The translations under genes and the position numbers were made by a program. A stretch of DNA of 64,000 nucleotides. Source: Podarcis vaucheri (taxonomy: Eukaryota). The stretch lies in the NCBI GenBank assembly GCA_965113315.1, contig OZ220367.1. One strand, written 5' to 3'. The notes under the pieces are model-generated. The model saw only the letters and a list, made by a program, of their open reading frames with translations, ran no database searches and had not been told where the DNA came from. This document shows, piece after piece, positions 1 to 12,918 of the stretch (positions are counted from its first letter, which is position 1; every line of letters begins with the position of its first letter).

Positions 1-50
1 TTAGCCCCTGATGTATGTCTGCCTCAGCAACATATCTGGAAATGAAATTA

Positions 51-222
51 GGACTCAGCTACACAGCTGCAAATAAAACGTTTAAATGTGTTGCAAAGTG
101 CAATATACAAATGTGACACTAGAGGGCCTCAGTGAGCTATGCAAAAAATCAATATATTTTTCAAAAAGTTTTTTTAAGCATTTTTACAGTGTTTTTTAAT
201 ATGTTTGTAGATTCCACCCTAG
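51..222 (+). repeat. Unclassified interspersed repeat carrying a CTCF-like motif (empty copy)
   Basis: Aligns by eye to 56397-56537 plus 57061-57102 (same strand) and 1737-2160 (inverted); core GTGACACTAGA(G/T)GGC. Confidence 0.8.
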
Positions 223-296
223 TGAGAGTTCCCTCTTGGTTTTTATTCGGGAACAGGGTATGTGCTAGTCTGTTGCAACAGAAGCGAAGGCTGCAA

Positions 297-692
297 GTAG
301 GGATGGGGGAAATGCAATTCAGTTCACATCTGAAAGCAAACTTACCTAATGTGCCCTTTCCAAAGCAAAATATGTAAACTGAAACAGAGCCATTCTTTGA
401 AATTCACACTGAATTCTGAATTTTGCAATGCAGGTCTCCAACCAAGTCATTTGTACAAAAATGTATATATTGAAGTAAAAATGCATACATTAGTGGAAGG
501 ACCATACAAAAATGCATTATGTTGGGCAAATTTGCATATAAATGTGTATAGTAAGAGAAATTTAAACAATGGTGAATTTTTGTGATAACTTTTTAAAAAA
601 TGTAATCTGCTATGGAAATGTGAAGAATTAATCTAAAGACAGGGGGGAGGGATGAGAAACTGAGAGAAACAAAAATTGACATAGCCATCCTT
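297..692. mobile_element. Non-autonomous DNA-transposon-like repeat (GTAGGGATGG...CCATCC ends)
   Basis: Homologous to the element at about 35527-36455 that is split by a solo LTR; imperfect terminal inverted repeats. Confidence 0.55.
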
Positions 693-1736
693 CCTGCAAG
701 CACATTTCATCAAAAAGGGCAGGTTATTTACTGAAAACACGAAATATACACCGTCTACCCACCTCACTACATAAACTGGGTTTCATTTTCCTAATTTTGA
801 TTAGGCCATGTCTAAAAAGGCAAAAACTAATTCACATGATAGGTCTTTCTCCTGCGTCCCATCATCGGGCTGTTTCAAACTCAGACTTTGCAGCTCTTGA
901 ACATCTGCATACATTTCTAATCATTCTGTTTGTTTGATAAGTGCCACAATCATGAGTATGAATCATCTTGCAAGATACTTACGGAACTAAAACTTATTTT
1001 TGTTGGCGGTATTAGGAGCTAGCAGAGCTGCTTGATTCTTGACCACAGGGCAAGCGGTGGCGTCATTTTAAGAACTGATGGTCACTGCTGACACACAACA
1101 GGGAGGCAAATGAAAAGCTACCAAACTTGCTCCATAGAATAAAATAATTTTACAGTTGGAAGGAGCTATGGAGATAATCTAATATGACCCTTACTTAATG
1201 TTCTTTGTTCTTCCGGCAGCTGAATCTTCTTCCCATCATTTGCCCTCACTGTCCTCAGACTCAGGCTCTTTCTTAATCTGATTGCTCCTGCCAATTTTCT
1301 GGATTTATTTATTTTTTAACAGGCATCCAGGATGCCTCCATGTCAGGTATAGTGGTATGATCCCATTCATGCAATTAGCAGGACCACTGGTGGGGGCACC
1401 TGAGGTGGAGGGGCAGTGAGGGCAAAAACAGAAGAAGGAAAATTATGCTGCAAAGCAAGCAGCAGTAGCCAGGAAGGGAAAGGGTGTCAAACAGCATTGA
1501 AACAAAGTGCCTCTGCTTACAGAAAGTTTCATAAGCTCTAACACTCATGAAAATGAAATATTAAAATAGGTTAGTAGCGTCAGGTCAGCCCTAATGATAA
1601 GGCACAGTAGGACAAGTTCTAACAAACACTACTGGAAAGGGAAATAGATGAGCCAAAGAGAAAATGGGCCCATCTGTACAAAATATAAGCTGTCCCTTAT
1701 TTCAGCAAAGCCAGAAACAATTCCTTGCTATTATCA

Positions 1737-2160
1737 GGTGGAATCTAGACATATACAGTGGTACCTTGGTTTTCGAACTTAATCCATTTCGGAAATCCGT
1801 TCTTAAACCAAGGTGTTCTTAAACCAAGGCTTGCTTTCCTATAGCAGCAGGGGACTCAATTTACAAATGGAACACACTCAACAGGAAGCGGAACATGTTC
1901 TTATTCCAAGGCAAAGTTCACAAACCAAAAGAGCTACTTCCAGGTTTGCAGCGTTCTTAATCTAAGTTGTTCATAAACTAAGCTGTTCTTAAACCAAGGT
2001 GCCACTGTATAATAAACGCTGTGAAAATGCTTTCTTTTCAAAGAATTTTAAAAAAAATTGAATTTGCCGTAAGCTCACCATCACCATCTAGTGTCACATT
2101 TGCATAATGCACATAAAACACACTTTAAATGTTATATTTGTAGCTGTATAGCTGAGTCCT
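1737..2160 (-). repeat. Inverted copy of the CTCF-motif repeat, interrupted by a MITE
   Basis: GGTGGAATCTAG...CCATCTAGTGTCAC...AGCTGAGTCC is the reverse complement of 51-222. Confidence 0.75.
1756..2007. mobile_element. Tc1/mariner (Tigger-like) MITE
   Basis: TIR CAGTGGTACCTTGGTT...AACCAAGGTGCCACTG, TA on both sides. Confidence 0.85.
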
Positions 2161-2223
2161 CAGTCTTACAAATCAGCCGAGGCAAAGCAACAACAGTGGT
2201 TCTAAACCACATGCCATAGAAAA

Positions 2224-2584
2224 TAGGTAAAGGTAAAGGGACCCCTGACCATTAGGTCCAGTCGTGACCAACTCTGGGGTTGCATGCCCATCTCACTTAA
2301 GAGACCTGGGGCCAGCGCTGTCTGAAGACACTTCCGGGTCACGTGGCCAGCGTGACAAAGCTGCTCTGGCGAGCCAGCACCAGCGCAGCACACGGAAACG
2401 CCCTTTACCTTCCCACTATAAAGCGGTACCTATTTATCTACTTGCACTTAAGGGTGCTTTCGAACTGCTAGGTGGGCAGGAGCTGGGACCAAACGGTGGG
2501 AGCTCACCCCGCCGCAGGGATTCAAACCGCCGACCATACAATCGGCAAGTCCTAGGTGCTGAGGTTTTACCCACAGCGCCACCT
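2224..2584 (-). mobile_element. Sauria SINE
   Basis: Minus strand reads GGTGGCGCTGTGGG... tRNA-like head to ...GGGGTCCCTTTACCTTTACC (ACCTTT)n tail. Confidence 0.9.
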
Positions 2585-4603
2585 GCATATAAGCATATGC
2601 AAAACCCTCCTTAAAAATTTGCTGGCTTTATTGAAAATCTTCCTTTCTTCAGAATCTTTCATGACATTTCTCCTGAGTGGGAACCTCTAAAACTGCCTAC
2701 CTCCAAGTTAGTATTTTCTGTCACACTTCCTTATTTGGTGTCACAGCAACTGTTAGGGGCAACACTTGAAAGCACCCTAACATATTACCAATGGGCCTTT
2801 AGGCAAAATGGAGCCAGCAGTTGAGCTCAGTTCACCTGTTCTACACTCAAAATTCCACAGATCATTCCCTGATGGGCTCAGCCAAGCAGAGCAAACCTAA
2901 TTTATCAGGCAGAACATGCCGGCTAAGGTTTACCAGTGTTAGAAACTGAGATATGAAAGCTAAGAACTAAATGGCACCTTAAGCCTAGGTTATGGGCGCA
3001 ACAATGGAATGTCTAGGCACACTTTATATATATATAAAAAATACAAAGCTGAAAATGAATGAACTGCAGCTAAAACCTTATGTTCATTTTCCACGTGGTC
3101 TGGTCCTTCCCCTGCCCACCCCCCTAATATTCTTAAGAGGGTCTCTTCTCCTGTCTTCAGAGAGTAGCTGGAAGTGGCTAGGCAGAAAATGGTCCTCCTT
3201 TCCTTCCACTCTGCAGTTTTAATCTGAAATCTTAGGTGCAGTTCTGTGTCCAGAGCTCAGAACCTGCTTGTGGCAATGAAATTCCCTGTTGCAAAATGCG
3301 CCTGGAACGATGGGAGTTTCGAACACTGAGATTTATCACACCATCAGAATCTCTTTTGTGTGTGAAAAGAGAGCTGAATTCCATTTGCCTTCGGTATTGT
3401 GCAACATATTGTACAAGGCCCCGTATGCCTCAAGAGGTGCGCCAGCCCACATCTCTTGCAACAACCACAACTTGTTTCGCATGCTCTCACATAACAATCC
3501 ACAAAACAGCGCCTCTCCCAGTTTTTAAGGCACTCACACATTTCTGGATCAAACCCCATATGCACTACTTATTCAATGAAACCCTAAAAACAAATATTTC
3601 CCCAAAGTCTCGCAAGGTCAGCTTCTATTACTGCAGTATAATGGAACACTATCTTTGATTCTACTTTCATCTATCTACTTACAACACCTCTGCCGACATA
3701 ATTTTGTATTATATATTTCATATGCCGCTGGACTCCAGACTTCACATTTTGCTAGAGAAATCCGCTGAAATCTTCATGTACAACTAAAACATCTGAGAGA
3801 TTAAATCTTTCACCTCCATCACATTGCAATTCTGTTATTTATTTAAAAGCTATTCTCCTCTCTGCTATCTGATGGAACCTAATACCTCTTTTCCACAACA
3901 GTCCTTAAAAAGTATGGAACGTTATTTTCTCCTGGTGGCCTATTACGTGACCTGTAGTTCAATAGCAAACTTTATATAGTCAACTCGACTGACTGGAGTA
4001 AAAGGGAGAAAATATTAAGTACGTATTATGAGTTTACTCTCCCCATCCATCAGACTTTGACACCAATAAAAACAAGAGCACATTATCCAATCATAGCCAC
4101 TGCCACCTCATAGAATGTGCCTAGAAGAAGAAAAAAAACTGACAGTAATTTTATTTAATATTAGCTTTCTGTGGGATAAATCCTAACTCTTCCTCTAATG
4201 CGTGTATCATTCTTTGAAGACCCTGATAGACAGAACCCATTTTAAGTGAACAAAGCATCAAGTGTACCCTGTCATTTTGAGCGATTTGCTAGCCTCAAGC
4301 CAAGCCCATGCATTATAAAACAAACCAAAAAATCCACAGACACACACACAACAGGACAGGCATTTGTCTAGCATAATAGTGAATGAACAAAAAGATTTTA
4401 ACAGAATGACGGACAATAGTGCTTTTTATCCCAAAATTTCAAAATGCTTTCAAGAGTTACAAGGGTGTATTATTCTTAAGGACATCTTCTCTGCAAAAGA
4501 GAATCCAAACTAGTTTCTTTTATCAGTGGAGAAGCTGTGTAGCAGGGTGATATATAATGATTGACTGGAAAACACAAAACTCTGGAAGTATGCTTTCTCT
4601 CAC

Positions 4604-4867
4604 TCTGTCTGCAGATAAATGTTCTGCATCTGTTCAAAAAATACGGAGGGGAGGGGAACAAATTTCTCAGCTCTGGCTACATCTTCCACCAGGCACCTTT
4701 CACCATGCTGGAGGCCTAGGTTCATGGGGAAGAAAGTTGTGCCAGGCCTCTCTGAACAAGGCAGACGGTGGGTCGCGTAATCCATTCTGGAGTTTTGGTG
4801 GAATTCAATGGAGCCCTGGGTGTCTGCAGGATTTTTCTCCAGTGGAGGAGCAAAGTAAATACTCCCG
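4604..4867 (-). CDS. Candidate coding exon of an unidentified minus-strand gene (264 nt, phase 2-2)
   Basis: Strong acceptor ...ttttcgtttgcttctttAG at 4868-4869; donor GA|GTGAGA at 4603; frame open throughout (GSIYFAPPLEKNP...NIYLQT); no homolog recognised. Confidence 0.45.
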
Positions 4868-6403
4868 CTAAAGAAGCAAACGAAAACATACACAACTAGA
4901 ACCAGAGAACAGGTCTACCATTTATGACAGATCTGGTGATTGAGTGGTGGTGAGGATTAAGGAAACCCGGCCTCTGAGAGACGAGTATTCCAGGTCTACC
5001 TCTCCAACTTGTGGGCCAAATTTGGCCTGGCAAGGGTTCCTATTTGGCCTACAAGGCTGTTTTCCCCAAACCACATCCTTGTACTACACACATCCAGCTG
5101 GACCCAAACCTGATGTCATATGAGAGGTCAGGTATGGAGCAGGTAAGAGACACAGCTGGATGGAGACATAGCAAGGTAGGCTACCTGACCAAGTTCCCCA
5201 AGGGAATCTTGAACACACAGCTGGATCCCTGAAGTGATCAGGGTTGAAGTCATCTACTAGATCAGGAGTAGCATCCCCACCAACTGTCCCACTTTTAGCA
5301 GGACATCCCGGATCACAGAAGCCAATCCTGGCATCTATTTCGATCCTGGAATGTCCTAGGGTTTTGGTCTGGTACTCTGGCATGCACACTGGACCAGAAG
5401 ACACTCATTCTGGTGACTGTCAGCAGCATTGCACCAAAGTGCCTTCCCATCCAGCCCTGTGGCATGACTCTGCTAACCACCAGAGTGCCGGGCAAGGGCG
5501 AGGGTGAGTGGTGCAAACAGACAGAGAGGGTGGGGAGGAGGAGCAGCAAGAGTGGGTGGGGTGTGGGGGTAGGGCAGGTAGAAATGTTCCTGGATCAGCA
5601 GCATGGCTGAGCTCCGCACGAGTAACTCAATTGTGCCGCCAATCCCTGCAGAAACCAGCTTGGTCCACGCTGTGCTTGGAGCCTGGGAAGCACTGAGCAC
5701 AGGGCTTGCAAAGCGCTCGACAGCCAGCTACTTTCAAATATCTGGGGAAAGTGGGCATAACCCTTCCCAAGCAACTAAGCAAAGGGCTGGGAAAGCCCCT
5801 TGCCCTGTGGTTCCCAGGCACTTGTGAAGCGGATGTACAAGGGACCTGGACAGATGGGAGGGCGGGAGGGAGGAACAACCATCCTGGCCATCATGACACA
5901 GAGCAATGATGTCAGGTGACTGACAGGTAGGTTGTCCCTTCCACCTGTCCAAGCTGGTCCTTGGGAGAAGGGAGCTAAAATGTTTCCCCACCCTGATCTA
6001 AGAGTAAAGCTTGCATCCATTTGATGTCTTTCCACGCACTGCTGAAACCCTTTGTTCTCTGCCTGGCTCCCTTAACCCTCTCCAGATCTGAAGTAATTAC
6101 ACTCTGCTTACGGTAAGCTTCACACACACCCCTCTGCATTTACCTGGATAACTCACCAGGGTAAGACTAGAGTCCACTTTGGGGGTGTCACACACTACTC
6201 TAATGGCTCCCTCTCCCAAGCACAACTCCCATCATCCCTGACCATTGGCCATGTTGACTGAAGCTGATAGAAGCTGGAATTCAAAGATTTCTAGAGGGAA
6301 CCCCATTGGCTACCGCTCACCCAGGCCTTCAGTATCAACAAGAGCAGCTACATTACATATAAAGTACCGGCAGACTCCATTCCCCAATTATTTATCTAGG
6401 TAC

Positions 6404-6496
6404 CGTAGATGATCACCCTCAGATCAGTGTCGGAGCTGTGGAGATGGAAGATGCACTGGAATTCAACTGGCTCCATGACAGGATCCATCCCCAACT
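6404..6496 (-). CDS. Candidate coding exon (93 nt, phase 1-1)
   Basis: Acceptor tgttttgttggcAG, donor G|gtacct; open frame (E)LGMDPVMEPVEFQCIFHLHSSDTDLRVIIY with G/C-ending codon bias; phase does not join directly to 4604-4867. Confidence 0.35.
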
Positions 6497-7285
6497 CTGC
6501 CAACAAAACATTACAGAGACAAACACCTTGGCTCCTCTCGTCCCTCATTACAGTCTTGTGTGTTCATTCCAGCTCTTCCGTTATGGTGTAAGACAGGCAC
6601 ACAAACATGAAGTTATATTTAAATGTTAGGCCTTTTCGTGAAAAAAGTGTTTAAAAAGGAAAACAACCCAAAGCAAACATTCGCAGAATTCTGCCTAATC
6701 GCCAGTGAGCAAACATCACTAATTTAAACAGGCTGTGTCCGGGCCCTGATGTGGAGCAAAACAGAGAGTCCCTCGATGCTTTGCCTTTTCTGTGGCGGTG
6801 AGGACAGCAGGGGTATACAATGGAGAACTAACACTCTAAAGGAGCATTATTTCACACCACATCCTCAAAGAAGAGAAATCTTCTCTCTGTTTTTTGAATA
6901 AGCAGATGAAAAATATTTGCGGTCTTTTAAGTATGCCATTTTTGCCTGTGAATAATTAATAAGCCTATTTTAAAAAATTTCCTCAAACACATAGCAACCC
7001 TCAGCTGTAATCTTTCAGCATATGTTCCAGCAGCATGTTTTATTTAATTACATCTGTGGAGCTAAATGTGTCTCTCATTTGGTCCCCGTCATAGCAGCTT
7101 TGGTCAAAATACTAATTGCCTTGCAGTCCAATTTGGTTCTTTTTTTAGCAACTCAGAAGCAAAAACAAAAAAAAACCTTTCCTAATGGCACAGGAATGGT
7201 TCCCCATCCCACAAACTCAGCAGATACACTAAACATCCCCCCCACGTACTTCCTCTAAATGAATTAAGCAGGTATTCTCCATCTG

Positions 7286-7447
7286 CAGTAGCACCTCAGC
7301 TTACGTAAACTTCAAGTTGCAAAAGCGGCAAACCTGGAAGTGTTTCACCCCACGTGCATGCGCAGAAGCAGTCCCTCTGGTTGCGGAAACCTCGGGATCT
7401 GACTGGAGCTCCAGAATGGATCCCATCCGCAACCGGAGGTACCACTG
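7286..7447. mobile_element. Short Tc1/mariner MITE
   Basis: CAGTAGCACCTC...GAGGTACCACTG|TA. Confidence 0.75.
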
Positions 7448-10184
7448 TACTTCTGATCCCAGCTCCACCCAATACATGTTGCATCCTTGTGCATTGCCAG
7501 TATATAGCCTGCAACACATTATTCCCAAGGAAAAGTGGCCCTGAACAACAAAAAATGTGTTTCCCACCCCTGGATTACAGCAAACTCCATGGCCAAATGG
7601 AGAAATAGCTGAGCTAGCCTCTTTTTATATCCCTTGCGAAAGCATCTGTCTCACTAAACTCACACACACTGCAAGCCCACACGACTGTGGGTGGGCCAAC
7701 GACATGAAGCTTTGACCCCTGCAGAGATCTACAGGAAGCCTTCAGGCAGGCTCACTTTATATACAGTGATGCTGGAAGACATTTATAAAAAGGAACAGTC
7801 TCTCAGAACTCCAATGGAAGTCTGACTCTAGAGTTTCCAGGACTGCTCAGTCGTAAGTTTCTAGGGGCCGTTCCAGGCATCCTTCTTTTCGTGCTATGCT
7901 GTTCCTATTGCTACCTGATGCAATGTAATTAGAAGCGCCACCAAGACACTCATTATGTCTGGTGCAAGCTGAAACTAATGCCGTTTGACCGACGGACAGA
8001 TCCAGAAACAGTTATCGGGAATGAAATTAAATAAAGAAGAGGGAAAGTACACCTCTGTCTGTGCCAACCTCACTTTTGTTCCTTCAACTGCTTCTCACTA
8101 CTTCCTTAACATTTTGGCTCAACTTCAGGGTATGGGTGTAAGAAGGCTTCATCTTCCACACTGCCCTGTATATCTCGCATGCAGCACTGTTTTCACCCTG
8201 TCGCAGTTCATCTTTTGGCAAATTCACCTCCGTGTCTACACAACTTACATTATTTTACCCCATTCATTTTGTTGCAAAGGAAACACAGTGCAAATGGGAG
8301 GGGTATAGAATGTAATAAATTACATCTTGTTGGTCAACAACTAAATAGTAGAGATTTTGAGGGGGCAAAATCAGGTCTTTGAAAATACTCCAGAATAGCC
8401 AATGCATATAATTTCTACTGGCTGTGTGAAAGACAAATCAAAACTCAACCCCAGAATATAAAACAACAACACCACGACTTGGGATGCAAAGGCTTCCCTG
8501 GATTGCTTAATGCCAAGTTAGGCACCTTGTGAAGTTTTTAAGGCTCTCAGGACAATTGCACAGATAGACAACATATTTCAGAATATGACATGGGCATTTT
8601 TATGCATGATGATTCAAACCTTTGGTGCATCCTTCTCATCACACTTGCACACTTAAATAGTAGTTTCATGAGGGTTAAAAAAACACACAACTTGTGTACC
8701 AATTGCATGCAGCAATTCAACTCTTAACAAGCAGAGACCTGGCATGGCTACCATGACATTTTTAGTGCAGTATCTCTCTCCACCACTGCTACCATCTAGC
8801 AGCCCAACCTTAGCCATATTCACACAGATGTATGTTCCATTAATTCGATTTACTTCCAGGTAAGTCATAATACGAGAATATGAATGACCAAACGTTGGCC
8901 TTCTACGGCTGTGCCTACCACATCAACTAAAGTTCTAACAATTGCTTCTTTGATCTCCTACATGCTTCTTGAGGCCGGTCAGAAGTCGCTCACTTATCAG
9001 GTTGCCCATGTGTTGCTCCCTCCCTCCTCGTTCAATGGATCCACATTACTTAACACACCACTATGTACATTGTTCTTAGTATACAACTACATTATCCTCA
9101 GAGTAGACCCGCTGAAATTGAAGAACATGACCAAGGGCCATTAATTTTAATAGTTCTATTCTGAGTAAAACACAGTTGACTACCACCCTCTATGAAAATG
9201 GCCATCATATGTAAATCATTGTGGAATAATGTCAGGATTTAATATATCCATACACACTTCTGGCACATTTATTTGTGTTTGCTGCTGCTAAGCATTGAGA
9301 AAGTAAAGGAGTTCTACAGAGACCCATTCTCCATTGGCTGGAAATCCTATCCAGCTTCCTCTCTGTCTTCAGAAATAGCAGTGGGACAGGTCAGGGGAAC
9401 AAAGGCTGATAGCATCCTGGCTTATAAGGCCACCTAAGTGAATCTGAGTAAGGTGAGACTTGAATTGGGATATTTCCAGCTCAAATTTCACCTCTAGGGG
9501 CCAATTTATATGATCAACAGAATCAAGCAAGAAGGTTTTTCTCCTCACCCACCCTCCCACCCCCAAGTATGCCATTTCATGCTACACCAGCTCAATTTGT
9601 CAAATATTGACACAATTTTGCTCAATCTAAAACAGGCCTAGAAAATGTTTCTGCTATTTGCTGGATCGTTCTGAGCTTTGAAGAAGAAAGAAAGCACTGT
9701 GCAAAATGTAAGAGATCATTTTGTCAGGGCAACTATAGTCTGAGGTAAAAAGATTATTCTGTCAACTGTTCTTTTTACCTCTGACTATAGTCTCCCTGAC
9801 TGTGAAGGAAAACAGAGTTCTTTAGAAAAGAGTGCGCCAATAAAAAAATAAAAGTTATGAAATTATCTAAGGAACAAGAATCATCTCCCTCTCTAACCTA
9901 GCATTATTCCCAGCCTTAAATGATAGGCTTGGCTTTCAGATTGCTTTTGTGGACATCTCATACAGCAGCTGTAATTGATCCCAGACAACAGCAGTTGCAT
10001 ATGACCTTCTTTTTTTTTTTTTTTCAAATGGCCTGGCTATGCAGTATGTGCCAAATATATGCAGCATTTTACAGAAAGATAATAAATTTCTGATTATAGA
10101 TACCGATGGTTATATATGGTTTTGATGTTCCCCAAAAACTGCAGTGGCAGTGACAGCTAATAAGTATTTTTATCAAATAAATTA

Positions 10185-10463
10185 CAGTGGTACCTCGGGT
10201 TACAAACACCTCGGGTTACAAACACTTCGGGTTACAGACTCCGCTAATCCGGAAGTAGTACCTTGGGTTAAGAACTTTACCTCAGGATGAGAACAGAAAT
10301 CGTGTGATGGTGGCGCGGCGGCAGTGGGAGGTTCCATTAGCTGAGTAAGGTCACATTTCACATTTCACCAACAGCTCACATTTCACCAACTGTACTATTG
10401 TACAGTTTCAGGTTAAGAACAGACCTCTGGAACGAATTAAGTTCATAACCAGAGGTACCACTG
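10185..10463. mobile_element. Tc1/mariner (Tigger-like) MITE
   Basis: TA|CAGTGGTACCTC...GAGGTACCACTG|TA; same family as 25330-25571 and 58796-59040. Confidence 0.9.
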
Positions 10464-10572
10464 TATTGTAATAAGTGTGGACTACGGTCTTTGGCAGAAT
10501 ATTCTGGGTCCAATCCACTGAAACATATGGCAATATCTATGCCCACTGCAAAGTCCTACCTTGGAGTTTATC

Positions 10573-12914
10573 TCTTTTTTTAAAAAAAAAAAATATTTTT
10601 TATTGCTTTTTTCCAGGTACAAGTGTATATTCAGATATATGTCAAAAGCGATTTTACAGAAAGAAAAAGAAGATTAAAAAGAAGGAATTTTCCAATTCTC
10701 CAATTCCAATTTCAAAGAAGAACCCCATCGGACTTCCCCACATCCTCCGAACCCTGCTTTCTTTACAATAAAATAACAGCAAATTGTTACCTTGTTTCCT
10801 GCGTTTTTTGTATCTTCCCATAACCATATTTTCAGTTTAGATGAACCTAATGTTAAATCCTTTTAATACCATCCAAAATTTACTCTAAACTTTAATACTC
10901 TCATAGTTTTACCTTAATACCTTTCAAATGTTTTTACTGAAGCTATTTTTCCAAAGCTTAGCAAATTCTCAACATTCATATAACTTATAGTTTTTTTGTA
11001 AATAGTCCTTAAATTTCCTCCAGTCCTCTTCTGTTGCTTCCTCTCCCCGATCCCGGATTCTGCCGGTCATCTCCGCCAGTTCCATGTAGTCCATCAGTTG
11101 TGTATGCCATTCTTCCAGCGTGGGTAGATCTTGTGTCTTCCAATATTTAGCAATAAGGATTCTTGCTGCTGTAGTTGCATATAAGAAAAAAGTTCTGTCC
11201 TTCTTTAACACCTTCTGGCCGACGATACCCAGGAGGAAGGCCTCTGGTTTCTTGGGGAAGGTATACTTCAATACCTTTTTTAGCTCATTATAAATCATTT
11301 CCCAGAAAGCCTTCACTCTCGGGCAGGTCCACCAAAGGTGAAAAAATGTTCCCTCAGCCTCCCTGCACTTCCAACATTTGTTATCAGACAGATGGTATAT
11401 CTTTGCAAGTTTAACTGGGGTCATGTACCACCTATATATCATTTTCATAATATTTTCTTTCAAAGCATTACATGCTGTGAATTTCAAACCGGTGGTCCAT
11501 AACCTTTCCCAGTCTTCAAACATAATGTTGTGCCCAATGTCCTGAGCCCATTTTATCATGGCTGATTTAACTAACTCATCTTGAGTGTTCCATTTAAGCA
11601 ACAAGTTATACATTCTTGAAAGTACTTTTGTCTTTGGTTCAAGTAATTCTGTCTCTAGTTTCGATTTCTCCACCTGGAAGCCTATTTTTTTATCCTTTTT
11701 AAACACTTCTTGAATCTGGGCATAGTGTAACCAATCATGCACCTTGTTTTTTAATTTATCCAAGCTCTGCAGTCTCCAATTGTCTCCACGTTTTTCTATA
11801 ATCTCGCAGTATTTTGCCCAACCAACCTCCATATTGAGTCTTTTTCGGGCCTTCGCCTCTACTGGTGAAAGCCACCTCAGAGTTTTATTTTCTAACAAGT
11901 CTTTGTATTTGGTCCAAACAATAAACAAAGCCTTCCTGACAATGTGGTTTTTAAATAACTTATGAACCTTTACCTTGTCATACCACAAATATGCATGCCA
12001 TCCAAAAGCATTGTTAAACCCTTCCAGATCTAGGACATCTGTGTTTTCCAATAAAAACCAATCTTTCATCCAGCAGAAAGATGCAGCTTCATAATATAAC
12101 CTTAAGTCCGGCAGGGCAAATCCCCCTCGTTCTTTCGCATCTGTTAAGATTTTAAATTTAATCCTGGGCTTTTTGCCCTGCCAGACAAACTTCGAAATGT
12201 CTTTCTGCCACTTTCCAAAACATTCCACTCTGTCCACGATCTGTAGGGTTTGAAACAAAAATAACATCCTTGGCAATACATTCATTTTCACAGCTGCAAT
12301 TCTTCCCAACAAGGAAAGTTTCAATCTTGACCAAGTTTCTAAGTCCCTTTTGATATCAGACCAACATTTGTCATAGTTGTCTTTAAATAAATTCAAATTT
12401 TTACCAGACAAGTTAACCCCCAGGTATTTAACTTTTTTTACCACAATTAGTTCTGACTCCTTCTGAAACTCATCAATTTCCGATGATGTCAAATTTTTCC
12501 CCAGCACCTTAGTTTTTTGTTTATTCAATTTGAAACCGGCCACCCGACCAAACTCGTTTATTAACTCTAGAGCTCTTTTAGTACTAGGAACTGGTTCCCG
12601 CAATGTTAATACCAAATCATCTGCAAAAGCCTTTAATTTGTATTGTTTTTCTCCGACCTGTATTCCCTCTACCAACTGGTCCTTCTTAATCAAATTTAAC
12701 AACACCTCCAGGACAGATATGAATAATAAAGGGGATAAGGGGCACCCCTGTCGTGTCCCTTTTTCAATTTTAAACTCTTCTGTCACCACATTATTCACTA
12801 TCAATTTTGCCTTTTGTTCTGAATAAATTGATTCAATACTATTTTGAAATGCCCGTCCCACTCCCATCCCTTCCAAATTTTTCTTCATGAACTTCCAAGA
12901 GATGTTATCAAAGG
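10573..12914 (-). mobile_element. 5'-truncated L1-clade LINE
   Basis: 14-bp TSD CCTTGGAGTTTATC at 10559-10572 and 12915-12928; ORF2 RT and CCHC domains; 3' UTR with AATAAA and A-rich tail on the minus strand. Confidence 0.95.
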
Positions 12915-12918
12915 CCTT
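10969..12918 (-). CDS. L1 ORF2 fragment (reverse transcriptase plus C-terminal CCHC domain)
   Basis: KAFD, GTRQGCPLSPLLF, FADD, KYLG motifs and CWKC...HLWWTC knuckle; no stops; the listed ATG at 12930 lies in flanking DNA/TSD. Confidence 0.93.
   Translation of the reverse strand, partial: KAFDNISWKFMKKNLEGMGVGRAFQNSIESIYSEQKAKLIVNNVVTEEFKIEKGTRQGCPLSPLLFISVLEVLLNLIKKDQLVEGIQVGEKQYKLKAFADDLVLTLREPVPSTKRALELINEFGRVAGFKLNKQKTKVLGKNLTSSEIDEFQKESELIVVKKVKYLGVNLSGKNLNLFKDNYDKCWSDIKRDLETWSRLKLSLLGRIAAVKMNVLPRMLFLFQTLQIVDRVECFGKWQKDISKFVWQGKKPRIKFKILTDAKERGGFALPDLRLYYEAASFCWMKDWFLLENTDVLDLEGFNNAFGWHAYLWYDKVKVHKLFKNHIVRKALFIVWTKYKDLLENKTLRWLSPVEAKARKRLNMEVGWAKYCEIIEKRGDNWRLQSLDKLKNKVHDWLHYAQIQEVFKKDKKIGFQVEKSKLETELLEPKTKVLSRMYNLLLKWNTQDELVKSAMIKWAQDIGHNIMFEDWERLWTTGLKFTACNALKENIMKMIYRWYMTPVKLAKIYHLSDNKCWKCREAEGTFFHLWWTCPRVKAFWEMIYNELKKVLKYTFPKKPEAFLLGIVGQKVLKKDRTFFLYATTAARILIAKYWKTQDLPTLEEWHTQLMDYMELAEMTGRIRDRGEEATEEDWRKFKDYLQKNYKLYEC

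Noticed and set aside
4461-4490. NTPLH as an ankyrin-repeat motif in the putative spliced product
   Set aside because: A stop follows within three codons and no other ankyrin consensus is present
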